A DNA stretch of 64,000 bases from NCBI RefSeq assembly GCF_009914755.1, contig NC_060936.1; one strand, given 5' to 3'. This stretch comes from the human T2T-CHM13v2.0 reference genome, Homo sapiens. Shown here in pieces: positions 1-25,648 of this stretch. The translations under genes were made by a program, and so were the position numbers. Every line of letters begins with the position of its first letter. Positions within the stretch are counted from its first letter, which is position 1. The notes under the pieces are model-generated. The model did no database searches and had not been told where the DNA came from. It saw only the letters and a program-made list of their open reading frames with translations.

Positions 1-89
1 GCCCAGTTGGCTATCGTTTTAGGCTACTATTACCTTCTTGCTTATCAAATTGCTTATTTACTTCTCAGCACTAGCTAGGTATCTGGAAT

Positions 90-3911
<3,822 letters not shown>

Positions 3912-6900
3912 CTAGTGATTTTTAATTAGTTTATTTAATTTTGCAACACCAAAACAAAAAAGTTTTTCCTGCATCATTTAATCTACTTGCGTTAGTGTTG
4001 CCCTGAGAGGTGGCTGCAAAATCATATTAGTTCAATTACAGAACTTCGCATTATATTAGGCATAACTATTCCCTTTGGGTCCTAATTAAATAAGGTTGAA
4101 TCAACTTTCTGCCTTCAGCATTTGTGCTAAAAAAAAAAAAAATCCCTATTGCATTATCCTACATACCCTTGGAAAAATAAAAAAAGAGAGAATGAATATC
4201 TTGTCCCAAAGGGTTAAAACCTCAGAATCATATTTTTTTAACTCACTGGAAAATGGCTTCCACATTCCACAGGATAAGGAAGGAAAACTGTGAAATCACT
4301 TTGAATGGATTTGTTCAGCAAGGGAAGAGCTGGCTCATTTTCCACGTGGACTGCCAAGTTCACCAGCCGTGGGGGGAAATGATTTTAGTCTTACTTTCTT
4401 ACTTCACATACATTTTTAAACTGCAGTCTTATGGAAATGAAAATCCCATTTGGAGATCAGATTCTTCAGATGGATTTAATTTATATACCATTTGACCAAG
4501 TCAATCAGACCAGCTTAGTGGAAGGCTTTTTTCATTATAATGTTGTGGGCTTTGCCTAGGAATCTTCTTTTCTAAGTTATAGAAAGTCAATTTAGTAAGT
4601 ACAGCATCTAATTTAGGCTTTGTACTTAATTACCTTGGGACTGCATTAAAACTTTCTTCTGAGCAATAATTACATTGCTTCTCCTTAAAATGCAAACTCT
4701 CTGAATCATAGTCTGATTTAACCTTCCAAAAGCTAGAGTTTCCCTAGATTGACTGGTAGCTAAAAATGCTCCAGGGACCTGATTTCAACCCATAGCTTTT
4801 TTGTGTAGTAGTTATAAAAGTGCAAAAATGGAGCAGACCAGGGCAAGAAAACAGAACATGTAGGGCTTCTCTCTCAAGAAATTAGACCCTCTCTCACTCT
4901 AAGATAGGGCCAGCGCCCTAATCTTCACTGCTCAACCTCCTTTTTCTCATCCCCCGCTATGGTTGTGGAGTATAAATGAATTAATTTACTCTTATCTGAC
5001 AGAGCTGGAGCCTGTTGGATTTAACAAAAACTGCAAACCAGCACGTGCTCCCACTCTTATATGTGTACCCTGGGGTTCACCGAAGAACTTTCTGCCACTA
5101 TTCTTTCCCTTCAAGGGAAGCTGGAGTAAACACACCTCCTGCCACTTCATTACATCAGAGGTTTGTCTCTCCCATTAGTAAATCCACAGAGAGTAGGGAC
5201 TTCCTGTCTGCCAAATGGTGTAGATGGAAGAGATTCAAATATTTGAGACAGAACCTGCATTGCGTCTGGCCCTTTATAGATGTTTTCTCTAGCTGAGACA
5301 GCCAATTCGAATACCCTGCGCTCTCCCTAGCTTCCTTGTGCCTCTAGGAACTGCTTCTCCCCTGTTTCGTGACCTTCATCTACCCCCTTCCCCAACCAAA
5401 AGATTTTTGTATTCTTTACCAGAGACCCTACAAAATCCTGGTACATAGTAGGTGTTCAGTAATTATTTGTTGAGTAAATTAAAATACTAAATTATGACTA
5501 TCTAGGACCTGTTTCCCAGGCTTCTGGAAATAATCAGGATGGTTTCAGCCCATGCGGATCTCAGTATCTAAGAATTCTGGAGCAGGAAACATTTGTAAGA
5601 CCGTTTAATGCTTGAGCTTGAAGAGACCTGTCAGTGAAGTGCTAATAAATGTAAATAGCTGTGTTTGAGGAAGGAGGGACGGCTTAACTTGCATTGCAGG
5701 TGCTAAAATGCGTAATTGGTTTTGGGTAAACTAATTTTACTTAAACTAAACTTAACTTCCATATCAATGGCAGAGAAATTGCTGATGTCAGCAATGATTA
5801 AGTTCACTGGCTGTGAGGCGGTCACGGCAAAAAAAAACATTCACTGAAAGCTTATAGGGATGTTAACAGATGTGGAACAACACCCATTTTACTGACATAA
5901 ACTAAAGAAAAGGCAAAGCTATTAGCAAAAGTCACTTGGAAGCTTGGACTACAATTTGAGAGTGGATCTCCTGAAATTATTTAACTCTGTAAAACAAACA
6001 AATTAGCCTATTCTCATCTATAATCCTTGTTCACTCTTAGCTGGAGTGTTAGAACAACTATCCAGCTGATTTACTAATTCGCAATATTAAAGGAAGCTTG
6101 GTCCAGAGGGAGGATGTAGCTCACTGTTTCAGCCTGGGAACCTCCTCTACCACATCCCGTGCCCTGATGGGGAGACCCAGCCTTGCCAGAGAGCCACACA
6201 GACTGAAAATGCAGAGAGAATTTCCTCTTCTGTCTTTGGTTCTTAGCTCTTACTGAGCCAGAGGAGCCCCAGGACATTTTGGCCAGGGCCTTTTTGCATC
6301 TCTAAAAGGGGATTTTACAAATTCCTGCTTCTTAGAGTTGGGAGGATTAAATGAGTTAATCCATGTAAAGTTCTCAGAACAGTGCCTGGCACAAGTAAAG
6401 ACTTATAATACATACTTGTTATTATTACTATGATTATTCTTCTCTCAGGTTCTGGCACATCTAAGACCTCTACAGTGCTGGAACATCGCCCGAAGGAAAC
6501 ACATTCATTCACATTTCTATTAAGCTCTTCCAGGGAAACTAGCATTTAATGAGCAGCAACTATAAGACAGAAAGAAAACACTTGACATAGATTGACTCGT
6601 TTACTCCTCATAATAACTCTAAAAATTATTGCGCACATTTTAGAGGTTGGAGAACAGACTCAGACCATGTACAGTGAAGCTCAGAATTTCCTGGCATAAG
6701 GCTGGCTTGGAATTGAAAAGGTATGTCTGACTCTAAACTGGGTCCTCATTCACATCACCCACGTGAAAGGCATGAATCACCAGACTCCTGTCCGTAAGTG
6801 CTGCGCAGGTTCTGTACTACAAGGGCACTGGTGGAGACAGCAAGGCTGAGTTCTTCTTATTCTGCAGCTGCTCTCAGCAGGGCTGTATCTGTCCGGAGGT

Positions 6901-7052
6901 AGTGCCTTTTCCAAGTCACACAGAGGTGTTCTGTGGACTCTCAGAGGCCCTGGAATCTTGTATCTTAAGATTCAAAATTGAAGTCACATATGAACACTAG
7001 AGCTGATGTGAAGACTGCATATTTTGATTCCCAAAGTTTTTTATTTTTTTAA

Positions 7053-7291
<239 letters not shown>

Positions 7292-7480
7292 TGATCTGCC
7301 CACCTTGGTCTTCCAAAGTGCTGGGATTACAGGTGTGAGCCACTGCACCCGGCCTCCGAAGGTTATTATTATTATTATTATTTTTAATTTTATGGAGACA
7401 GAATCTCACTATGTTGCCCAGGCTAGTCTCAAACTCCTGGCCTCAAACAATCCTCCTGCCTCGGCCTCGCAAAGTGCTGG

Positions 7481-9126
<1,646 letters not shown>

Positions 9127-9258
9127 CTGGCATGACAGGCAGCCAGCATACCTGGCCAATTCCCAAAGTTACTTTAAGAGGGCATCTCAAAATCAGTGGG
9201 CTTTCAGGATGCACTGAAATTGTATGTGCATGTGAAGTGCCTAAGATTTTCAGGGAAT

Positions 9259-9418
9259 AGGCCTGGCACTAGGATGAGGTGAGAGAGGCACCCAGGATGC
9301 AAAAGCTAAGGAGGCATCACTCTCAACATGGGACAAGTGCAGGCTCAGCACTGGAGGGCGATGTCTTTTTCCATTTTGTGCTCTAGGCACCTCACTCTTC
9401 TCACCCTAGTCCCAGCTT
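9259..9418. mobile_element. MER91-like hAT MITE
   Basis: Imperfect terminal inverted repeats (CACTAGGATGAGGTGAGAGAGGCACCCAGG / CTAGGCACCTCACTCTTCTCACCCTAGT). Confidence 0.55.
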
Positions 9419-9522
9419 TATCTGAACAATGAAGAGCTTGGGGACCAGCACAGATAATGTAGGAAAGTGGTTTGAGATCACTTGAGGTCAAGAGTTCGAG
9501 ACCAACCTGGCCAACATGGTCA

Positions 9523-9741
<219 letters not shown>

Positions 9742-10101
9742 TCAGGGTCATACCTGAGAGTTTGCATGTTTCATTATACTTGTCTCTGTACTTTTCTATC
9801 TATATGGATATGGGCCAGGTGTGGTGGCTCATGCCTGTAACTTTGGGAGACTGAGGCGGGTGGATCAGTTGAGGCCAGGAGTTCAAGACAGTCCTGGACA
9901 ACGTGGCGAAACCCCATCTCTACTAAAAAAAAATACAAAAATTAGCCTGGCATGGTGGTGGGCACCTGTAGTCCTAGCTACTTGGGGGGCTGACGTGGGA
10001 GAATCGCTTGAGCTGGAAGGCAGAGGTTGCAGTGAGCCAAGATTGTGCCACTGCACTCCAGCCTGGATGATAGACGGAATGAGACCCTGTCTCAAAAAAA
10101 A

Positions 10102-10135
<34 letters not shown>

Positions 10136-10415
10136 TATGAAAAATTAAAAAGTGCACAGTCTAGGGGTGGTGATTTTCTAGCATTCAGAGGCCACTTTTG
10201 CAAATACTTCTGTTACTAGTATCTTGATCATAGCAACACTTTGTAATTCACCTACTAAATGTGAGAAATGGGTTTTTACTGTTAAAAAGTGACATGTTGA
10301 CCAACATGATGAATGTTAGAAATCAGATTTTTTTGTCAAAATGAAGGATACTCAATATATCTGATTACCTAAAATTTTTCCAGATCCAGAGGTTTACAGA
10401 GATGAGAGATTAAAT

Positions 10416-10475
10416 CAATACAATACAATACAATACAATACAATACAATACAATACAATACAATACAATACAATA
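10416..10475 (+). repeat. (CAATA)12 pentanucleotide microsatellite
   Basis: Twelve perfect CAATA units. Confidence 0.95.
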
Positions 10476-11155
10476 CCTCCAGAGGCTCTCTTTGCCCTTT
10501 CATTACTAGGGTGTAGGAATCCCTAGAGGCCTGTAACCCACACCCATGGCAATGATGTTTTCAGCTAAATCCCTTAAGCAGTCTCTGGCCAAGAACACTA
10601 GAGGATTCTGGATGCCTGACCCAACTGATATTCTTTCTGGAATCTTGGCTTTTTCTTGAAATTTCTGGCCAGGTGTGGTGGCTCATGCCTGTAAACCCAG
10701 CATTTTGGGAGGCCAAGGAGGGAGGATCACTTGAGAGTTCCAGACCAGCCTGGGTAACATAAGGAGACACTGTCTCTACAAAAATAGAAAAGTTAGCTGG
10801 GCATGGTGGTGCGTGCCTGTGGTCTCAACTACTTGGGAGGCTGAGGTGGAAGAATCACTTGAATCTGAGAGGTCAAGGCCACAGTGAGCCACGATAGCGT
10901 TGCCGTACTCCAGCTTTAGTGACAGAGTGAAACCTTGTCTTTAAAAAACAAAAGAAAACAAAACAAAACCCAACTTTGGTTACTTGTATCTGCCAAACAG
11001 AATTTATCTAAAAGTCATTCATGTCCAAATTGGTTCAGGTTAGTTTGGAATAATAGGATTTGCATATAATTGGTATTCAATATTGCTCATTACTTCCATT
11101 TCTAAGTTTTGAGCTTTTTGCTATTATAAATAATCTGAGATACAAATGGTCTTAG

Positions 11156-11730
<575 letters not shown>

Positions 11731-12167
11731 TGATTCTCCTGCCTCAGCCTCCTGAGTAGCTGAGACTACAGCCATGTGCCACCATGCGTGACTAATTGTT
11801 TGTATTTTTAGTAGAGACGGGATTTCACCGTGTTAACCAGGATGGTCTCGATCTCCTGATCTCATGATCCGGCCCACCTCAGCCTCCCAAAGTGCTGGGA
11901 TTACAGGCGTAAACCACTGCGCCCGGCCCCTATCCTTTCAAGATAAAAATGCCTCATAATTTCCTTTTACTTACCACACACTCCAGCTAAAGTGATTATT
12001 CAAACTACTACCTAGATCTTCTAAATACACGCCGTACAACTTTCTTTTCTTTGAAACATCAGACATAAAGTAAACACCAATAAATACTGTGATGTTCTTA
12101 AAAGAATCATTCTGTATATATTTCTTAGAAGTTGATGTCATGGATACATGTCACAGTTTTCTTATGA

Positions 12168-12377
<210 letters not shown>

Positions 12378-12456
12378 TGATCTCGAACTCTTGGCCTCAA
12401 GTGATCCTCTTGCCTCAGCCTCCCAAAGTGCTGGGATAACAGGTGTGAGCCACTGA

Positions 12457-12695
<239 letters not shown>

Positions 12696-12759
12696 TGATC
12701 CACCTGCCTCGGCCTCCCAAAGTGTTGGGATTACAGTCATGAGGCACTGCGCCCGGCCT

Positions 12760-13572
12760 AAGAATCTCTATTAACACAACTAGATCTTTCCCCTTCCAGG
12801 CCCTCCCAATCCTGAAGCGAATGGAGAGTCTAGCTTCTTTTTAAAGGTCTAAATAGGAAACATTCACCATCTGTTGTCTCTAAGGGTGACCCTCTATGAG
12901 ACTTCATCTACATAATAAGAGCCTTGGTCTCTACAACCCCTTATCGTAACTGAGACACCCCTTTCTATTGATTACAGGTCTTTATTTTATTTATTTTTTG
13001 AGACAGGGTCTCACTTTGTAGCCCAGGCTAGAGTGCAGTGGCACAATTATGGCTCACTGCAGCCTCGACCTCCTGGGTTCAAGTGATCCTCCCACCTCAG
13101 CCTCCTGAGTACCTGGGACTACAGGTGCATGCTAACTATGCCTGGCTTTTTTTTTTTTTTTTTTTTTTTTGTGGATATGAGGTCTCACCATATTGCCCAG
13201 GCTAGTCTTGAACTCCTGGGCTCAAGCAGTCTTCTTGCCTTGGCCAGCTAATATGCTGAGATTACTGGCATGAGCCACCATACTTGGCCCCAGATCTTTA
13301 TAATTTAACTCTTTCAACTAACTGCCAATCAGAAAATATTTGAATCTACCCAATATGAGTCTGTAAGAATCCCCCCACTTTGAGTTGTCCTGCCTTTCCA
13401 GACCAAAACAATGTATACATCACATGTATTGATTGATGTCTTATGTATCCCTAAAATGTATAAAGCCAAGCTGTAACCCAACTACCTTGGGCATGTGTGG
13501 TCAGGACCTCTTGGCACTGTGCCTCGGGCCATGGTTTCTAGTATTTGGCTCATAATAAACCTCTGTAAATAT
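12760..13572 (+). mobile_element. MER4-family ERV1 LTR fragment interrupted by an AluJ
   Basis: Characteristic CCCTAAAATGTATAAAGCCAAGCTGTAACCCAACTACCTTGGGCATGTG...AATAAACCTCT; ends approximate. Confidence 0.65.
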
Positions 13573-13653
13573 CCTGACGAAAGGATCACTTGAGCCCAGG
13601 AGGTCGAGGCTGCAGTGAGCCATGATAGTGCCACTGCACTCTAGCCTGGGTGA

Positions 13654-13689
13654 CAGCCTCTGAGCCAGCCTCTGAGCCAGCCTCTGAGC
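13654..13689 (+). repeat. 12-bp tandem repeat x3
   Basis: CAGCCTCTGAGC three times, followed by partial CAACCTCT. Confidence 0.92.
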
Positions 13690-13727
13690 CAACCTCTCCA
13701 ACATTGAGCACAAGACAATTTTCGTCA

Positions 13728-14046
13728 ATATCTCAAAGATGTGCTTAGTGTAGGAGAGGTTGTCTTTGTCCGGCTAGTGGCTCTTCAGGAAGCTAAACCA
13801 GACATCGCCAGTAGTGATCTCCTCACTCTTTTCACTGGGGATGTCCTTCTTACAGGTTGACTTGTGCTGTTTCAGATCTTTAAGGGTGATATTGTTGGTC
13901 AGATCCTGGAGGAGGGTCCCATACCCAGCCATCATGCCTCTGGAGCTGAACACTCAGGGTGCAGGCACTCGTGGGTCCCCAGTTCCTGAGCAGCACCCGG
14001 AGCCTCCTCCTCCTCGGCTCCCAGCGCCGCCGCTTCCACCTGCCTC
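13728..14046 (-). pseudogene. PEA15 processed pseudogene fragment (5'UTR plus about the first 68 codons of the DED domain)
   Basis: Minus-strand ATG at 13932 reads [67 protein letters not shown], close to PEA15 ([42 protein letters not shown]...); GC-rich UTR contiguous with CDS; in-frame TAG. Confidence 0.9.
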
Positions 14047-14249
14047 AGTTTCCTTGTAATGATAAGATATGGAAAATAGGCCGGGTGCGGTGGCTCATGC
14101 CTGTAATCCCAGCACATTGGGAGGCCCAAGCTGGCGGATCACGAGGTCAGGAAATCGAGACCATCCTGGCTACAACAGTGAAACCCCGTCTCTACTAAAA
14201 ATACAAAAACTTAGCCAGGCGTAGTGGCACGTGCCTATAGTCCTAGCTA

Positions 14250-14502
<253 letters not shown>

Positions 14503-14554
14503 CTAGACTGGCCAACATGGCGAAACCCTGTCTCTACTAAAAATACAAAAATTA

Positions 14555-14740
<186 letters not shown>

Positions 14741-14764
14741 CTATATAAACTGACCATAACCTAG

Positions 14765-15334
<570 letters not shown>

Positions 15335-16117
15335 TGATCTGCCTGCCTCTGCCTCCCAAAGTGCTGGGATTACAGGCTTGAGCCACTGCGCCCGGCCAAT
15401 AGCTCTTTTTATGTAAGTAAAATTGTCTATTACACATAATTTAATAAAGTCCTGTTTTTACTTCCCTTTCCATCCAATTTACGTTCCGTGTCCACTATCC
15501 TGCTTACACCTTTAACTGTTTTGGTTCTTTGCCCTCTTGATTGACCTTCCTGGCAAAATGCTGACACTGGGGCAATCCAGTAACCCTGCCATGGACACCT
15601 GCAGATTGTCTGCAAGCATCTCCATCACCCCACCCCACAAGCAGCCTCCCATGTCAAGGTCCTGTGGCACAGCCAATCCTAGTAAATTTTGGCGTAAGTC
15701 CCAGGCCCAACCTGGGATGTTGAAAATTTCTTCCCCAGGGTATTTAAGGTTGAGATTCAGAAAATCTTCTCAGTTTCTTCATGGCTGAAGATTTGAGTAA
15801 GAGTGCTATTCACTAATTAGAATGGCTTGAGAGGGGTTGGGCGAGGTGACTCACACCTGTAATCCAAGCACTTTGGAAGACCAAGGTGGAAGGATCATCT
15901 GAGGTCAGGAGTTCGAGACCAGCCTGGCCACATAGTGAAACCCTGTCTCTACTGTAAATACAAAAATTAGCTGGGCGTAGTGCTGGACACCTGTAATCCC
16001 TGCTACTCAGGATGCTGAGCCAGAAGAATTGCTTGAACCCAGGAAGTGGAAGTTGCAGTGAGCTAAGATTGCACTACTGTACTCCCCGCCTGGGTGACAG
16101 AGCGAGACTCTGTCTCA

Positions 16118-16372
<255 letters not shown>

Positions 16373-17247
16373 TTACAGAGTGAGACTCTGTCTCAAAAAA
16401 ATAAAACAAAAAGGAAACATTCAAAAAAGAAAACGAAACATTCAGAATGGATGCAAACCTTGTCACATAGCAGGGGGGCCTGGAGGCCCCTGATGTGCAT
16501 GTTGTTGTTCCTGTAGTTAGTTGTTTGATGGTGGGGAGGCTAAGGAAGCTATTTAGCATGAGGAGGGTGTTCCAGGAACTCACACAGTAGAATTTACCTG
16601 CAGTACAAATATCTTCAGTATTTAAAAAGCAGTATATCAAGGATAGGTGTGGTGGCTCTCTCCTGTAATCCCAGCACTTTGGGAGGCTGAGACAGGTGGA
16701 TCACAGGAGTTCGAGACTAGCTTGGCCAACATGGAGAAACCCCACCTCTATTAAAAACACAAAAATTAGCTGGGTGTGGTGGCTCGCACCTGTGGTCCCA
16801 GCTACTCGGGAGGCTGAGGCAGGAGAATCACTTCAACCTGGGAGGCAGAGCTTTCAGTGAGCTGAGATTGCGCCACTGCACTCTGGCCTGGGTGATAGAG
16901 CAAGACTCTGGGTGGAGGGGGGAGGGGAAAGAAACTTTATAAAACCAGTATGTCATACTTGGAAGATCTGGGCAACCATACTTCCTGTCATGTTGTTATA
17001 TTGCCTTTGTTATAATTTACTTTAAAATACCTACTTATAAACACTGTAATGTACTAGTGTGTAAATTAACTTTAATCTACACTCGAAAGGAAGTTAGTTA
17101 TTATTAGAGTTACCCTATTAGGAATTCACACCCTGGGGCTGGTTGGTTATAGTTTGAAATGCCCTAATCAGAAAATCCATACTCCCCAGGTGGCTACTTA
17201 GGCATTTCAAGGATTTTTTAAAAAATGTATACCGGAAGGTTAAGTAA

Positions 17248-17526
<279 letters not shown>

Positions 17527-17730
17527 TGAAAGAGCTGTAAGAACATCTGCCCAGGCCGGGCATGGTGGCTCATGGCTGTAATCACAGCACTTTGGGAGGC
17601 CAAGGCGGGCAGATCACCTGAGGTCAGGAGTTCGAGACCAGGCTGGCCAACTTGTTGAGACCCCATCTCTACTAAAAATACAAAATATTAGCTGGGCATG
17701 GTGGTGCATGCCTGTAATCCCAGCTACTCA

Positions 17731-17892
<162 letters not shown>

Positions 17893-18392
17893 TCATGAGA
17901 GCAGAGTTATTAATTGACTTTATTCACAGCTATATGCCCAGTGCTAAGAGCAGTGCCTCATACATAGTAGACACTCAATATATGGTGAATAAGCTGCTAG
18001 AAAACCCAGCAACCTCCTACTTTCCAGGTCTAAGTTCTATTTGATTTTATATTGTTCATCCCTCCCCATTGCCTTCAGTTCAATTTTTGGAAGCCTCTGC
18101 TGACAGATCTGAATAGAAGATTGGCTGATCCTGCTATTTGGCTAGTACTGCAGCCACGTCAGAGTGAAGCTCCCATACAAGATGCTTTAGGCATGCTTGA
18201 AGACAGAGTGAGGATTTCCTCAAGCTTACATGAGCAGATGAGATGAGTTTTTTTGGGCCCACTTGCTAATACAGGTTAATACATTTGGAATAATCTGGGC
18301 TAAGACTAACTTGCATGGTAATCTACTACCTGATATCAAGGTCGCAGGGGCAGGCATGTTTAGCTTCCACTTATATAAATCAGCGGATGCTA

Positions 18393-18680
<288 letters not shown>

Positions 18681-19153
18681 TTATGTGAGACGGAAACACA
18701 TAAAATTTTATATATTGGTCCCAGTATAATTAAGGGTCCCATATCTCAAGGAGGCATCAATACTGTACGGCAGCATGGAGGATGAATCTGGGAGGCTCTC
18801 AGCAGAGATCAGCATCATGAGAATGGATGTTATTTACCGGGAAGACCTTGTAGAATAAGAAGAGAGTTGGGCCAAGTAGGTAGACTTGGAAATCAATACT
18901 TAAAAAGCAAGGAGATCAAGAAGAAACCATGAAAGCTATAGATCATTGAAATGAGTGTGGTATCAGAGAAATCAAGAGAAGAGTGGCAAGGAAGGAAAAG
19001 GAGAGGGGAAAACGTGGCAAAGCATGCAACACAGAAAAGACTTGATCATGCTCATGAACAGCAGAGAAGGAGCCAGTACAGAGGACAGTGTTGAACACAC
19101 AGTAGAGGACATGAAAGATGATGGGATCAAGATGCAAAGTAAAGGTTTGTTAA

Positions 19154-19350
<197 letters not shown>

Positions 19351-19504
19351 TAGTAGAGACGGGGTTTCACCCTGTTAGCCAGGATGGTCTCGATCTCCTG
19401 ACCTCATGATCCGCCCGCCTCAGCCTCCTAAAGTGCTGGGATTACAGGCGTGAGCCACCGCGCCCGGCCTAAGATGTCATTTTTTAAAAAAAGTACCCTA
19501 GCTA

Positions 19505-19633
<129 letters not shown>

Positions 19634-21321
19634 TTAGCCAGGCATGGTTGTGTGCACCTGTAGGCCCAGCTACTCAGGAGGCTGAGGCGGGAGAATCACT
19701 TGAACCCAGGAGGTGGAGGTTGCATTGAGCTGAGATTGAGCCACTGCACTCTAGCCAGGGTGACAATGTGAGACTCCATCTCAAAACAAACAAACAAACA
19801 AAGACCTTAAAATATAGTAGCTTAAATAAGATAGAGGTTTATTTTTCTCTGTCATGTAACAGTCTAGCCACTAAACTGGCATGCAACTTTGCACCACAAG
19901 TCACTCAGGGACCCACCTTCCTTCCATATTGTTGCTTCACTGTCTCCACATGTTGAAGGTGGGTCAACGACACAGTCCTGTTCCAGCACACGGGAAAGGA
20001 AGTCAAGCTAGCATTACATCAGAAAGGGACCATACACAGAGATTACTGCTAATAAATTCTTCTACTGTTAATACCTCTATAACATCATGCTAGCTGGTAT
20101 TTTGAATGTTAAAATGTGTTTTGTATTGGTGAAGCTAGTGATTTGTTAAATAGCATGATGAATATTAGAAATAGTGGAATTAGGCCAGGCACGGTGGCTC
20201 ATGCCTGTAATCCCAGCACTTTGGGAGGCCGAGCTGGGTGGATCAAATAGATGAATTAGGCCAGGTCTGGCGGCTCATGCTGTAATCCCAGCACTTTGGG
20301 AAGGCAAGCTGGGTGGATCACCTGAGGTCAGGAGTTTGAGAGTTCGAGACCAGGCTGGCCAACATGCTGAAACCCTGTCTCTACTAAAAATACAAAATTA
20401 GCCGGGTATGATGGCACACCCCTGTAGTCCCAGCTACTTGGAAGGCTGAGACAGGAGAATCACTTGACCTGGGAGGTGTAGGCTGCAGCAAGCCGAGATC
20501 CTGCCACTGCACTCCAGCCTGAGTGAGACAGAGTGAGACTCCATCTCAAAAAAAAAAAAAAAAAAAAAGTGGAATTAAAGGTATTCAAGGTACGAGGGTT
20601 GTCTGTAATAGTTGGGAGACTTTCCTTATGTTTGCATGAACAGCAAATTTTGTTATCTGATATCTTAGGATGCTTTCTGATGCTTGATTCCCAAGCTGTC
20701 CTATGGTGGGATTTCTGTTTTTCTTTTTGAGACAGGGTCTTGCTCTGTTTCCCAGGCTGGAATGCAGTGGCACCATCATGGCTCACTGCAAGCTTTGCCT
20801 CCTGGCTCAAGCGATCCTCCCACCTCAGCCTCCCGAGTAGCTGGGACTACAGGCGTGCACCACCACAACTGGCTAATTTTTATATTTTTTGTAGAAACGG
20901 GGTTTCACCATGTTGCCCAGGCTGATCTCAAACTCCGGAGCTCAAGTGATCACCCACTTCAGCCTCCCAAAGTGCTGGGATTACAGGCATGAGCCACCGC
21001 AGCCGACCCTATGTTGGGATTTCTAATTCAATGATGGTGACTAGAGGGCACATGATACTGCTCCTGAAATGTGTTTGTCTGTCTTGAGTGCATCTGTCAT
21101 TCAACAGCACCTAAAAGGACAGAGGAGAGAGCTGAAATTCCACTGACTTTACAGAATCGGTTATATTCACAATTCTTTGGTAACTACTGTTATCTACCTA
21201 AAAAATTCCAACACTTAGATTAACTAAATATGCTTAGGTTAATTAACTGGGTGTAAGACAGCATAAAAGAGTCTGGGAAATGTGGTCTCCAGCTGAGCTG
21301 CCATGTACCGAAGAAGAGAGG

Positions 21322-22430
<1,109 letters not shown>

Positions 22431-23110
22431 AAGGAGGCAAAAAACCATACATACAAACATAGTATTTTTATTATTTTTTTTAGAACACCTAAGAGTCTGT
22501 CATAGTAGAAAGCTTTGGCTTTTATAGTGAAGGAAACAATAGGCAAGGACAGAGATGAGTTTATAGATAGTAGGGTGGGAAGGACAGGAAATTGAAGGAT
22601 TTTACTCCTCAGAGCCTCCGTTTTCTGGGAATTAAAAAAAATCACATTTGTGTGTTTATTTTACCTGCACTAATTAGGATTTTTTTTTTCTTTTTTCTGA
22701 GACGAAGTTTCTCTCTTGTTGCCCAGGCTGGAGTGCAATGGTGTGATCTCCCGTAATCCCAGCACTTTTAGAGGCTGAGGCTGGTGGATCGCTTGAGCTC
22801 AGGAGTTCGAGACCAGCCTGGGCAACATGGCAAAACTCTGTCTCCACAAAAAAATACAAAAATTAGCTGGCATGGTGGCATGTGCCTGTAGTCCCTGCTA
22901 CTTGGGAGACAGGCGGGAGGATCACCTGGGTCCTGGGAGGTCAAGGCAGCAATGAGCCGAGATTGCACCACTGCACTCCAGCCTGGGCAAAAAACCAAGA
23001 CCCTGTCTAAAAAAAATAAAAGAGACAAACTGGATAAAAGATTTCTTTCTCCCTTACAAAATGTCTGAGTTTTCAGTCCACGGGGTGGATGGCATTGCAA
23101 AATGAGGTCA

Positions 23111-23564
<454 letters not shown>

Positions 23565-23626
23565 CTACAAGAGTGAAACTCCATCTCAAAAAAAAAAAAG
23601 GAAAGAAAATGTACTTTAAAAAATCA

Positions 23627-25648
<2,022 letters not shown>

